DNA of 64,000 nt from Obrimoposthia wandeli (taxonomy: Eukaryota), in contig CDROCS010004515.1 in assembly GCA_977020255.1 (NCBI GenBank), positions 124,001 to 188,000 on the forward strand. Direction: 5' to 3'. Below the pieces are notes generated by a model. It saw nothing but the letters and a program-made list of their open reading frames with translations. It made no database searches and was not told the DNA's origin. The translations under genes were made by a program, and so were the position numbers. This document shows positions 27,372 to 40,658 of this stretch, in pieces (position 1 is the stretch's first letter; each line of letters starts with the position of its first letter).

Positions 27372-30300
27372 CTAGTTGGAAGTGTAAACTGTAAGTTTAC
27401 ACTTCTGTCGAGAGATTCTCGGTGGGTAAAAATAGTTGTCCCCAAAACGTGGTTTTTCGCCTTTTACAGTGTGATAAAGAGCTCCAAAGACGTCCTCTTT
27501 GGAGAGAGATGTATTTTTCAGGTCCCGGGACGTTTTAAAATGAAGGTCATTTTTTGAAAAATTATGTAGGTCATATACTCGATGACCTTTATTTTGAAAA
27601 ACGGTTAGCGACCCCATTTTTTTATTAAAGTTTTGGAGGCGCTTTTAAAAAATATTGCCCATATATGTTGTCAGATTTTTCATATACTTATATATTTGAC
27701 CAACATTTAGAGATTAGTCCGATTTTCAGTACCCTCTTTGTTGCGCTTTTCATCAATTAAAATTATTTAATTTTTTCTTAATAAAGTTTGACTGTGTAGA
27801 AGAAAGAAAGCTTTACAACGTATCAAAATTTCATTACTGATTGTTGCGTATTGGCTGATAAATCAATGTTTTCGAAATAATCTTTAAAAAATTCTTAAAT
27901 GGGAAATTAAGGGCCATCTGATTTCACTTTGCTTCATTAGTAAGAAATGCTTGATTCACTTTTTTTTCATTTTCAACATATACATATAAAATTGCTGGGA
28001 AAGAAAGAATATGTTAAAGTTAATTACCAAAAATGCTTTTAAGTAGGTCAAAATCAATTATTGGCGTTTTGTAATGTGTGGTATCTGGGAAATATTTTTT
28101 TTAATTTTAAAAATCGTAATAATTATCAATGCATTCTTTTATTTTATGCTGCAAAACGGCATGTTCACTACTATTCTGAAAGTTGACTAAATACATATTT
28201 TAAACAAACAAAAATGACCGTTTTTTCAGTCTATTTTTCACAAAATTGAATTTCTGAAAATGAAACCATTCTAGGGATATTTCAATCTGAATAAAGATGT
28301 AACTGAGAAACTCAACCTCAATGACTGTTCTACAATATGACTTTTGCAGAAGTTGCATTTCGAATTTCAAAACGTCACCATTTGAGGTTGAAATCCTTAA
28401 AAACGCGTTTTTTTCGGTGTTTTCACGTTTTTTCATTCTCACGTCGTATATAAAGAGAAAAAGGTATCATTCTCTGAGAAAGAAAAGTTAAACAAACATA
28501 GAGACATATAAATGTAAATTAAAAATTTAAAACTTAAGCTGGTCATATATTTGTATGCTCTAACTTTTGATTTAAAACAGCTACCCAACTACACATTACA
28601 GCACTAGATGCGCATTAAAAAAATAATAAATATGTGTAAGCCACATTTTTGTAAACATATTTCAGTTTCATTATAAATTTTTTTTCAGTTTGGAGACTTG
28701 TATAGACGAAAATAATCAAAAGTATGTTTCAAATTACCTCCATCTTATAGAGAAAAGAATTCTTTACAACGTGTTAAAATCTCATCATTGGCCGATTCGT
28801 ATATCCTGAGAACTAAGTGCATTTCTAAAATAGTGAAAAAAACATGAAAATCCATTTTATTAATTAATCAATATTTTATTGTATACATTCAATTTTGCTA
28901 GATATTGCAATATAGCTTGAATATTATCGATAATAGCACCAAAATATTCGTCTTAATTACAGGATAAAGATTATATAAGTTGCTTTACTTAACTCGCAAT
29001 ATTCACATAGTAATAAAAGGAAATATAAATTACCTTATACTATAGAAATAAAACTTAATTTTGCTAACTCCTGTAATATCCATCTGTTATAATTTAAACT
29101 AATATCAGAAATTTTGTCTCATCAAGACAAAAATGAATATGTATATAACTTATGTGGGTTCACAATATTCGCCGAGTTATTCAAGAAAACGTTACCAATA
29201 ATTAAACTATATCGAATTTCAGTACCCTCTTTGGAGCCTTGTATAAAAGAGAATAATCAAAGGTATGTTTCAAATTACCTCCATCTGATTGAGAAAAGAA
29301 TTCTCTATCCTATGTTACAAAATCATATATTGAGGAAGTATATATCCTGAGCTACATGAAGTTGTAAAAAACAACAAGAAAATACATAAAATTAATTTAT
29401 TCAATATTTTATTATATACATTTTTAATAAAATTCTAATTTGCTAAATATTGCTATTTAGCTCGGATATTATCTTAAATAGCACAAAATATTCATATCAA
29501 TTAGAGGAAAATGAATATGTAAATTAAATTTATAAACTCACAATATTCACAGAGTAATAAAAGGAAAATATATATTACCTTATACTATAGAAATAAAACT
29601 CAATTTTGCTATTTCCTGTAATATGCATCTGTTGTGATCTTAAAAAGTATAAAAAATTGCGTCTCAGCAATGCGAGAATGAATCTGTAATTTATTTTAAT
29701 TTTTATAAAGTATTTTTAGAGAAATTTGAGATTTCAGATAAATGTAATATAATTAAATTAAATTTTTGATTTTTCGGATATTTAAGCATGGAAAATGAAA
29801 GTTGAGAAATCTTTAGGGGACCTTTTGCCTGCTAAATTTAGGGGCGATGGAGATAGTGAGCAATACAGCGGTGGGTGCTGATTTTCGTTGTTGGTGGCTA
29901 AATGATGGTGGTGGTGTGTAGTCGGTTTTTTCGGCCGGAGAGCGAGACCGAGAGCCGGGCGCCGACAAATCTTATGTTGCCGGACACCGGCGGCTTCGGG
30001 CTCCTCTCTCGCGCCTCGGGCGGGGCGGATCTCAGATCTGGAGCGCATACACGACACAGCGTTCTGCAGTGCGATCGCTGGCGTGTAGGCGAATCCCAAG
30101 TGAGATCCGCAAAAGTGGCCATCGATTTCATGGGAGAGTGGGTATTGAAACAAAGAGTGTGTTTGTGGGGAGTGCATTCTATGTTATATTGTGAGTTGTG
30201 AAAATTCGTGGGCTCGATTACGAGTGTTTTGAGGGTGTTTTGGTGCACCGGGTGCGGAGATATTCGAGGTTTTCCGTGAATACAATAAAAATGGTGTGAA

Positions 30301-33300
30301 ACTTCAAGTGACGGTTTCTGTATGTTTCGTGGGTAGAAAATTAGGGTGAGCAAGAATATGTATTTGTTTTTGCGATGAATATTCTGTGTGACGAGTTATT
30401 AGCGATATAAAGTCGTTTTTTAAAACAAAGACAAAGCATTTAAATAGCCATATTTTTCTGAATCCTCTAATATGCCCCCAATACTTTCGCAAGTAGCGTC
30501 AGAAATACCGTATCAATTAGAGGACAACGAATATGTAAGTTACTTTGCTCAACTCTCGATATTCGCGGAGTCATAAAGGAAATGGATATTGCCTTATATT
30601 ATAGAAACGGTGCTCAATTTAGCTATCTTTTCTAATATGCATCTGTTGTAATGCAGAAAATTATCCAAAATTCCATCACATCAAGACAAGCAAGAATATG
30701 TACACGACTTTTGTGGATTCCCAATATTCGCCGAGATATTTGCGAAAGGGTTACATGTCAGTGCATGTACCCGGATTTCTAAAAACGTAAATGCTCTTAG
30801 AGAAATTCTGAAAATAGAATACAAAATTAAGTTTCGCCGAGAAACTTCTGAATCTGTGTTTACTTTCTAAATTGGTTTAGTATTTGTCGAGTTATTCGCA
30901 ATCGAAAATCTCGATTCTAGGAATTAAGATATATGCTTAAAACTGTACTTTGCTCAAATAAAATATATTTTATATCTTTCTGGGGTTAAAAATTCAGAAA
31001 AAAATTATGGTGTGCTTAGATTTCTTTAATTCGCAATATTGAGAAAGAAATTCGTGAAAGAAACATTAAATGCAATATTATTAAAGTAGAAAATTCAATT
31101 TTACAATATAATTCCATATTGCACCAAAATGATCGGAAGCACCATCAAAAGACGCGTTTCAGTGAGCTGAGTACGGATATAATTTTAGATTCAAGAATGG
31201 TGCTGTTCTCCTTGAGAAATTTGAGTAAAAGTGAATTTTCTCTGAAACTCACCAAAATAGGGATCTAACATTTTTTTGCCCCAATTTCAACGACAGGGTA
31301 TGAAAACTTCCGTCTTGCTTAGAGGAGAAAGAATATGTGTGTGGTTTTGCTAATGGTAGCATATCTCCAGAGAAAGGTGTAAAAGCGTAAAATACCTGAA
31401 AAATTTATTAAAATAAAATTCACAATTCTTAAAATCTTAGCATTTTTCAGATGTAGAATTGTTCCCTGATTCCGAATATGTATGTCTAAAAATTCTACAA
31501 TGTCTGTGTGGGGAGATATTTGCAAACAAAATTCTGGATTTTTAAAAATTCAGAAAAATTGCTAAAAATATATTTTGCACCAATTTTAAAATCTTAGCAT
31601 GTTACAGACGTAGAATCGTTCACTGATTCCGAATATGTATGTCTAAATTCGCCAAAGTGTTTGTGTGGAAAGATAAAAGCGAAAGAATGTTCTAAAAGAT
31701 ATGAGTTAAAACACAGACAAAGTATTTTAATAAAATTATTTTATTTACAAACTTCTTCAATTCGGCTCTACATTTATCGCAAATAGCACCAGAAATTCGG
31801 TCTCATCAACACGAGAATGAATATGTATTCTATTGAAATATTAATAAAGTATTTGCTGAGATATAAATTATTTAAGATAAATGCAAAATTAATAATTCAA
31901 TTCAATTTTGCTAACTTTGTCAATTTGGCTCTAAAAACTTCGAAAGTAGCACCAAAAGAAACGTTGCAGAAAGATAGGAAAGAATCTATGCTTAGATTCT
32001 ATAGTTATTAAGTATTTCCAGAGAAATATGTGAAAACGACATATTCAGATAATACTGCATGTTAGGATGCCCACTGTACTCACTTTACAACTTTGGTTAG
32101 ACAAATTTTCAAGTTCCCGTATTCGCTTTGATGCGAAGTTAAGCTCATGTTAAAGCTAACAGTTTACAGATTACGAATCTATGTTTTACAAACCACAAAA
32201 TGTCTACACCTCACTTCACACATAAAAAGGGGAAAATTTGTTAGAAAAACCTGATATACATGCCTAATAAAATATGAAGATAGTTTTCGTTTCACATTTC
32301 TTTATCACCATCATGTAGCCAGTTACAGACATAGTCGTAAACCAAGTTTAACAGAATTTACAAAACTGAAAGTAATGTCTCAAAATCCCTTTGAAAGATA
32401 ATCTGCACAGGTACCACATACTGTAAATTACACGCCTATTTTTTCACAGGGGCACTAAATAATATTTTCTTTCACTGAAACTCTAGGTTTATATACAACA
32501 TAGCATGGGGAATCCATTTCTGAAAAGTATCTTTACCACACTGATCATCTTCTTTGATTTTTAGGGTTAGGTTGTGCCTTTTTGTGTCATGTGTGCAGTG
32601 TAGGCCAAAAACACCTGAAAAATATATCAAATTTTGTTGTCGTTATAACGAGCTTGTAGCCCGTGTCTGAAATAGTCTAGAACTAAGTTTGCTACAATTT
32701 ACAAATTTGAAAGCAATGTCTCAAAATCCCTTTGAAAGATAATCTGCACAGGTATCACATACTGTAAATTACACGCCTATTTTTTCACAGGGGCACTAAA
32801 TAAAATTTTCTTTCACTGAATTTCTAGAGTAGTACACAACTTGTGACGGGGAATCCATTTCTGAAAACCGTTTTTATAACACTTATCATCTTCTGTGTTT
32901 TTTAGGATTAGGTGGTCTCTGTTTGTGACGTGTGCAGTGTAGGCCCAAAAACACCTGAAAAATATACCAAACTTTGTTTTTGGTACAATGAGCGTGTAGC
33001 CCGTGACTGATATAGTCTAGAACTAAGTACGACAAAATTTAGAAATCCGAAAGCAATGTCTCAAAATCCTATTAAAAATATATGTGCACATGTACCAGTT
33101 AGTGCAATTTACACGCCTATATTTTCACCGGGGCACTAAATAATATTTTCTTTTACTGAAATTCTAGAGTAGTACACAACTTGTGACGGGGAATCTATTT
33201 CTGAAAACCATTTTTACCACACTTATCATCTTCTGGGTTTTTTAGGGTTAGGTGGTCCCTTTTTGTGACATGTGTGCAGTGTAGGCCTAAAGACACCTGA

Positions 33301-33650
33301 AACAGATTTCAAATTAGGTTTTCGTTATGATGAGCGTGTAGCCCGTGTCTGAAATAGTCTCGAAACAAGTTCTACACATTTTAGAAGTTCGAAAGCAGTG
33401 TCTTAGAATCCGTTTGAAAGATAATGTGCACCAGGACCACATACTGCAAATTACACGCCTATTTTTTCACCGGGGCACTTATAATTATTTTCTTTAACTG
33501 AAACTCTGGATTATAACACAACTTGTGACGGGGAATATATTTCTGAAAACCGTTTTCACCGCAGTGATCATCTTCTTTGTTTTCTAGGGTTAGGTTGTTT
33601 CTTTTTGTGACCTGTGTGCAGTGTAGGCCTAAAGACACTTGAAACAGTTT
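27372..33650. repeat. Composite repeat unit 2, truncated within its satellite
   Basis: Direct copy of unit 1 (about 90% identical by eye, with indels); abuts the Polinton capsid module. Confidence 0.9.
32365..33650. repeat. 342-bp satellite, ~4 monomers
   Basis: Anchors at 32425, 32766, 33106 and 33448. Confidence 0.95.
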
Positions 33651-33739
33651 TTTTGACGTTGCTAATTTAATTAAAAAGGGTAAATCAAGTAAAAGCCAAG
33701 AAGGTATTGGATTTAAGCGTAAAAAGAAGCAAAAAACGA

Positions 33740-34141
33740 GTTTCATTTGATGATAAACTCGCTAAAAACCTTGGTTTAAACAGAAATACCTTTGAAACCC
33801 ATACAATAAAAACCATAAAAGCTAAAAATAAGGCAAAACTTTTAAATGCTGTTAATCATTTATATATTTATACTAATTTAATAGAACCAACGCTTGTAGG
33901 AGGACAGCGAGTTCCACTTTTGAGAACAATATGGATATCTAAAAATGAAACTAGAGATGGGGACACTGTCGGTATGTGTATAGATCAACCAATGTATCTT
34001 CCAGTTTCTCTCTTTTCTATAAACAATATTGAAGTAAATATTAGAGATGATTCCGGACAACTAATAGATTTCACGTACGGGGCCAAGACAAGTTTAACAA
34101 TACATTTAAGAAAACAAAATGGCGAATCCAGCAATAATTGA
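33740..34141 (+). pseudogene. Polinton/adintovirus minor capsid protein (penton), C-terminal half
   Basis: LAKNLG...LYIYTNLIEPTLVGGQRVPLLRTI...PMYLPV...IEVNIRDDSGQLIDF...LTIHLRK is the typical penton C-terminal pattern. Confidence 0.8.
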
Positions 34142-34496
34142 AGCTTATAGTCAAAGCCAACAAGGTGGAGAATTACCATATTTTGTTGGTAAACAATACG
34201 GATCTGGCTGGCTTAGAACATTAGGTAGATTTGCCTTTCCTCTTTTAAAGAGACTCGGGCGATTTATATCAAAATTAGGAAAGGATTACCTTTCATCAAA
34301 GGACAACAAACTAATATTAACTTTTAAGAAGCATGCGCTTGATGAACTTGATAATGTTTTACCTGAAATTGCTAATTTGATTAGAAAACGTAAATCAAAT
34401 AAAAGCCTAGGAGGTAGCGGATTTAAAAGTAAAAAGAAGCTAAAAATTAATATAAACAAACGTAAGAATGTTGAAGGAACAATATTTGCAAAATGA
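34119..34496 (+). CDS. Polinton/adintovirus small basic virion core-like protein
   Basis: YSQSQQGGELPYFVGKQYGSGWLRTLGRFAFPLL motif, Gly-Gly and GxG sites, basic tail; lies between penton and MCP. Confidence 0.7.
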   Translation: MANPAIIEAYSQSQQGGELPYFVGKQYGSGWLRTLGRFAFPLLKRLGRFISKLGKDYLSSKDNKLILTFKKHALDELDNVLPEIANLIRKRKSNKSLGGSGFKSKKKLKININKRKNVEGTIFAK

Positions 34497-34580
34497 GTTG
34501 CGCCAAAACTGAATTGTGTATTTTTGATAAACCTCTACCGCATGTAGTTGTAGATAATGCTTTCTTTGAATTTCATATTT
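34493..34580 (+). pseudogene. 5' end of Polinton major capsid protein, truncated
   Basis: ATGA overlap with the upstream ORF; MSCAKTELCIFDKPLPHVVVDNAFFE resembles the KSELDLF..PPTQ N-terminus. Confidence 0.6.
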
Positions 34581-35597
34581 CTAGTTAACTCAGTATGATT
34601 CCATTTTTTCAACCTGAAGATTACATTATCAATACTCATATTTCGAATTTACCAGAAGAATATTTTTTATATACTTTTCATTAATTCCATTTCATCTGAA
34701 TTAATTTTATAAAATAATACCCTTTATGGTGTGGCAAGTCACCCTTAAACATTTTGTGCGCACACATGGAGGTCAAGTGATCTAGACTCCATTCTTCTAC
34801 CTACTATTTAATATACATGTCAAAGAAAATGTAATTTAAAAATGTGGCCTTAATTCTCTATATTACAATATATTACAATAATTTATAAAATTAATTTAGA
34901 TGAAATGAAATTAATGAAAAGTATATAAAAAATATTATTAAAAAAATATAATTCAACTTTAAAAATAATCAAATAATTTAAACAACTCAGTATAAAATTT
35001 ATTTATAAAATTCTGTTACAGACTATAAATATAACATTTACAATTTGCATTATTTAATTTTATTGTATTTTGGAAAAACAATAAACTGCATTATTTTATT
35101 TATTCTTTAATATATAATATTTTTTTACTAATTTGTTTAAAAAAATACTTAGATTAAATTAAAAATACTTCAAAGTATATAAGAATTTTTATTAAAATTA
35201 TTTATAAATATTAATTAAGAATAATTAGATAATTAAAATTGATATATTTAATTTTCGTGTTTGTAAAAAAATAGATTTCTTTTGAACTCGTATTGGAAGC
35301 CTTGTGATATTTATGTGTATTCTGGTGTATGAAAAATGCATTTAATTCAGAACTTTGAAGCTACATATTGATGAACTAGATTTGACAATTATAAAAAATG
35401 TAACTTTTAGAAAAACTTTTTTAAAAATATTTTTATTAAGTTAAGATTTTGATTAAAAAACTGTTTGGAAAACGTTTTTATTTTAATCGATCAAACTATT
35501 AAATGGTTTTAAAATGACTTCGAGCGAATTTTTTACACTTACTATATTTCTATTCTAAAATCCCATTATAATTTTATTTGAAATATATCTTATGCAG

Positions 35598-35876
35598 ATT
35601 CGAAATGTTCAGCTCGCTACATTTAACTCCAAGAAGTTAGAGCAGATAGAGAATCTTAACTCTAAACTAACAAATCTCATTGACAAACATCAGAAACTGG
35701 AATATTCCAGCGAACAAGAGAAACAAAAATTAGAAAAATCTTTCAAAATCCAAGTTGAAACATTAAAAGATCAGTTACAAACACAAGTACATACAATCAG
35801 CTTACTAGTTTCAGATAAATCTGAATTACAAAGTCAAATAATACATATCCAAAAATCATTGGCACAAAGATCACAG
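35598..35876 (+). CDS. GOLGA2: GM130 exon 6
   Basis: LKDQLQTQVHTISLLVSDKSELQ corresponds to GM130 [23 protein letters not shown]; CAG acceptor; followed by a 37-nt intron. Confidence 0.92.
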
Positions 35877-35913
35877 GTTCAATGTTTTTTATTCAAGCTA
35901 TTTAATCATGTAG

Positions 35914-36204
35914 GATTGTGATGATTTAAAAACTAAATCAAAAGAATATCGTCAGAAAATATGTGAAATAGAACAAACTGTTTATGGCTTAAATATTAAT
36001 GATGAAAAAATAAAGGATATTAATAAAGATTTAACAAAAGAATTAGCACAATGTCAAAGCTTAATTAAACAGCTTCAAAATGACAGAATTGAACTTCAAA
36101 TGCAATCTGATCAATACAAATCCAAGTTATCTTTGAAAACAGAAGAAACCAGTAGTCTTGAGATGACTATTGATGATTTAAAATCCCAATTGGAATTATC
36201 ACAG
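35914..36204 (+). CDS. GOLGA2: GM130 exon 7
   Basis: DCDDLKTK...NKDLTKE...DDLKSQLELSQ coiled coil matching GM130 EDLASRL...NKELTKE; GTAGGG donor. Confidence 0.88.
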
Positions 36205-36479
36205 GTAGGGATCTAAATATATTTTAAATTAATTTTTCAAACAATTAAAATATAATTTTATCCTATAAATTTACAACAGTTTCATTATCTAATAAATTTT
36301 TGACTTATATACTTTTGTTTATTTTAAACTTAGAAAACTAAAAGAAATGAATTTTAATGTTTTTTAAATGGTATGAAATTACTCTAAAAATCCTCAAAAT
36401 ACTAATTTCTCAGATAAGTCTCAATTTTCCTATTTTCTCAAATTATAATCACTTATTTTTTCCTGGAGATTGAAAATAT

Positions 36480-37215
36480 ATTGTTTGGGACCTATTAGAA
36501 AAGATTGAGAAAGGGCCAAAAGTTTGTAAGGGATAATGGAAAGATACATAAGAAATTTAAAACGTTGCCGGTTCAAGAAGTTACCGGAAACTTACAAGTA
36601 ATCGATTGGGAAAAAGAAAGTCGAGGATGCATTTATTTGAATATGAATCTCAAAGTTAAAATTTTGAAAGCAAGTTGATTTTTAATTGGTACATTTAATA
36701 CATAAAGCTGTAGAATTCTATCACTGAAATTTCCAGTGACACATAAGAGCTGAAAGAGATTGATACCACTTGTTTGGATGTGTGATGTATGTAAATGGTA
36801 ACGAAGCTTGCTGTATAAGGAAAAATATTCACTAGGGCATTTTACAGAGAAAGATCAGTAAGATGATCAATTGAAAAATTTTGAAGAACAAAGGCACTAT
36901 TTTCTCCTTTGGAGCAGCAGTCACTCGCAGACAAGAAAATGATGAGGGTAAATTACGGAAGATCTATCGTCAAGCTTTTGTGGAAAGACAATAAAGCTTC
37001 CAAGGAACAACGAAATGGCTTTACAACACCTAAAAAGAATACAGTGTAGACAAAATAGAGTCTAGCAACTTTAAGTGGAATATGAATTGATAATAAAGAT
37101 CACACCACAAAAAGGTTAAGTGAAACAAGTAAGAGTAACAGAAGCATTAGATACACGCTAGCTCATTCCGCATTTTCCCCCTGCGAGAAGTGACGATACA
37201 ACCAAAATTTTGTTC
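36480..37215 (+). mobile_element. Bel/Pao pol remnant in GM130 intron 7
   Basis: Broken peptides PRNNEMALQHL...EYELIIKDH...LAHSAF...DDTTKI match the Bel RT N-terminal region. Confidence 0.6.
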
Positions 37216-37398
37216 CATTTTATAGGTTTTATTTTTTAGTAATATGTCAGAAAAAAAGCTTAAGTAGGTGAGAATTAGAATTATTCTTAATGTTCTTAAT
37301 ATAAATATAATTTTAGCTTAATTTGACTGATTTGATCTCTGGGACATTCATTTCAATATCGAAAATATATTTAGTATATTTGTTATTTTAACTTTTAG

Positions 37399-37584
37399 GT
37401 TCAAATCCAACAGTTAACGAATAGTCAAGAGTGTAATTTTGATGATGTTTATTGTAAACTAAATTTGTCTGAAATGAGATGCAATGAGCTTTTAAATGAT
37501 TTACAAAAGGAAAAAGGTTCTCTACAAGAAACAGAAATGACAAATTCACGGTTAAAAAATCAATATAAAATATATTTTGAACAG
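37399..37584 (+). CDS. GOLGA2: GM130 exon 8
   Basis: Open phase-0 coiled-coil exon; followed by a 36-nt intron. Confidence 0.8.
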
Positions 37585-37620
37585 GTTTTATTTAAATTTT
37601 TAATATATAAAACATTTTAG

Positions 37621-37747
37621 ATGGAAGAAAAGCTTTGTATTTTGCAAAAAGATTTATCTTTTGTCAGAAATGAAAGAGACATGTATTTAAAAGAATTATC
37701 CAAAAATAAAATAGACGAGGAACAGCTAAACTTAAAAGAAGAAGAAA
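37621..37747 (+). CDS. GOLGA2: GM130 exon 9
   Basis: MEEKLCILQKDL...RNERDMYL; followed by a 34-nt phase-1 intron. Confidence 0.8.
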
Positions 37748-37781
37748 GTACTTTAATATAAACATTAAATAATTTTTGTAG

Positions 37782-38116
37782 TTATTGAAAAAAAGAAACT
37801 GTTAAATGATTCAGATGCATATAAAAATGATCTTATTTCTAAAATTAAAGAATTGACATTTTCACTGGAATCTAAAATTGAAAACATACAGAGTCTTACT
37901 TTGGATAATGATCAATTATCACAGATCAATAGAACTTTAGAAGAAAAAAACATAAATATGCTGAAGACTATTGAACATTTAGAAAAAAAGAAAGTATATC
38001 AAAGTGAAATATTAAATCAATTCCAATCTGATAAAACAGCACTGAGTCGTGCTCTTAGTCAAAACAAACTTCTAAAAAGCCAGCTTGTTGAATTACAAGA
38101 GGCTTTTATAAAGATA
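37782..38116 (+). CDS. GOLGA2: GM130 exon 10
   Basis: DKTALSRALSQNKLLKSQLVELQEAFIK is the conserved golgin A2 SRALSQN motif; followed by a 46-nt intron. Confidence 0.92.
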
Positions 38117-38162
38117 GTTATATTTTAATTGATAATTTTATTATTTCGTAATATTATTTTAG

Positions 38163-38237
38163 AGTTCAGATAATATGGAGCTTGTCACTCAAATAGAAGT
38201 TAAACCGACCTATCAAAAAGAAAATGAAACAGAAATG
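38163..38237 (+). CDS. GOLGA2: GM130 exon 11
   Basis: SSDNMELVTQI corresponds to GM130 TNENMEITSAL. Confidence 0.8.
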
Positions 38238-38983
38238 GTACTGCTTTTACACTGTTTTATTACCTATAGAAATTATTCGATTATTTTTAAAATAATTTAT
38301 TTGATCGTTTGTTTAGTTCTCAAATCACTGACAGTTTGAATTGGATATGTGGCTAAATCAGAGATTAAAAATTAGACTCCGATTTTTTCATTAGCTCTTA
38401 TTTTAACAATCAATGGAATTAAATTTTGGTATAATCAAAGGGTTTTATTTAACTAAAAGTACTATATATATTTACTGTTTAATCTAAGATTTTGAAGAAA
38501 AAATAATCAATCAAAGTATTTAAAATAGTTACGAATTTATAATTAGCGTTTAAAGACATCAAGATCTAATCGCATTTCAAATTATCTCCTAGTTATTATT
38601 ATTTTAACAAATTATTGTTTTCAATTCATGGCTTTGGAATCTTTGCCTCTCAATTCTTCGGGGCTTTATGGTATCAGTGAATTTCAATTTCCATTGATGA
38701 GGAGAATTATTTCGTATAGTCCTTCATAGTGGAATTTACTCTTCCTTCGGTTATTTGTTCTATTTTCCATATCCGTTTCCAATTAATCGACTGCTTTTCT
38801 TTAACATTTCCTGAATTATAAGCGAGTTTGGAAACACTTATTCTTTCATCCTCAGGCGGAGCCAAACTATGGGCGTATTCTTGGCGGAACAATGAAAGTA
38901 TTTGCTGAGGTAGAAAATGATGTCTGAAGCCTGTCACAATTTTGACTTATAGAGGAAAATCATTGACGAGTTAAAAATTCAAA

Positions 38984-39175
38984 ATGTTAGTGAAAATCTT
39001 GAAAAAAATAATAATATATACAAATGATGATCAGTCAAATGGATTGGTAGAAAGAGTAACTAGAAGAATGATAGACGTAAATGTGACAACTCTAGAAGCA
39101 AATTTAATATACTATGCAACCGGTTGTTTATTATTTGAAGTACTTTACGGACTGAAGATAAACTTGCATCGTTAA
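38984..39175 (+). mobile_element. Gypsy-type integrase remnant between ~135-bp inverted repeats
   Basis: QSNGLVERV and TG..LFEVLYG motifs; 38745-38880 is the reverse complement of ~39180-39305. Confidence 0.65.
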
Positions 39176-40658
39176 TAATTAACATTTGTTAAAGAAAAAC
39201 AGTCGATAAATTGGAAACGGATATGGAAAAAAGAACAAATAAAATATACGCCCATAGTTTGGCTCTGTCTGAGGATGAAGGAGTAAGTGTTTGCAAACTC
39301 ACTAACCGAAATCCATATTTTAACTAGCACTTTATGATGAGCATTTTCTCATGTTGCTCGCAGGATTGTCGAACCCAAGAAGACGAATGGTGTTGAGCAT
39401 CAGAATATATTTTTCATAGTCTGGTTCCGTACGTGTTTCGTTGCTATTCATTTGGAAATGAACGTGACGGTGAAGATTCTTCCGGTAGTGTAGTTTAACA
39501 TTCTGTATGAAACTGACTTCGCACAACTGCAGTTTTAGTTTTGCGTTGGGACCCAACATCTCGAATTTGGCATTGAAAACTGTAGCCAACGAACGATTGC
39601 CAATGAATACAAGAATCTTCCTATATTAATTGTGTTATTAAAATTATTTGTTCACTCAAGGAAAGTTAGAGAAGTCATAAAATATTTCCAATTGAATAAA
39701 AAGATGAAAACTGCATGGAAGCATATCAACTTTGACTATGGTTGAATTATTGTTGTCATCTTCTTTTTCTGGATTTCCTTGCGCTGCTCAATTAGCCTTT
39801 CGGGTTCATGGACAAAACTTACTTTTGCAGTGCCACTATTGCAAGAAAACATAGTTACTGTGTTAAAGTGTTTTTTCTTCTAATATTTAATGACATAATT
39901 TTTTTCTTATTAATCACATCTTCAAAATGACTAATCACTGCTCTTTTGTTCTCTTGTCTTTTGAGTATCATTTTACTTTTCATTAGTCTTAGGATGAACT
40001 GACAGACAATATTTGAACTGTGTATACTTGGTTTATCCATTCTAGTTAAAATAGTTATTTTGATGGCACTTCGTTAAATAACTGTTTTGAATAGGATTAT
40101 AAAAAAGAATAAAATAATGGTCTATAAATATTAAAATTTTAAATAAAAATTAATTTGAAAATATTTATCAACATATTTTTATAACTTTTAAATATTTAGT
40201 TCATTTTTTGTAATTTCCCCTTATTTTAAAGACCATTTTAATTTTCACTGACATTTTTCTGATCCTTTCTGACCACTTTCTATTTGCCTGACTGCTAGGA
40301 ACCATGACAGCTATTGTAAAATATGTAAATTGTGATTTTTGACAATGAACAATTGATTAATGATAGGATTTTTTATACAAATAGTAGGAATCATAAAGCT
40401 CCAAAACAACTTCTAGCTATTGCTGTGCTAAGATACTAAAATTAAAATCTGGAATTCTATTTCAAAATAATTTCTTTATAAAAATAAAGTATTTAAAAAT
40501 CAGTTGGCCAGGCTGCTATACTGGACAAGATTGACACATTTTAAAAATTATTGCCTTAGTTTAATGAGATAAATATTTTTGAAAAAAAATTTTTCGAAAC
40601 GAAATTAAGCAATTAATTTAAACTAATTAATATCACTTTATTAAAATATATTTTCTAG

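Noticed and set aside
39332-40040. MULE-like transposase remnant
   Set aside because: Only scattered Cys/His hints; cannot be assigned.
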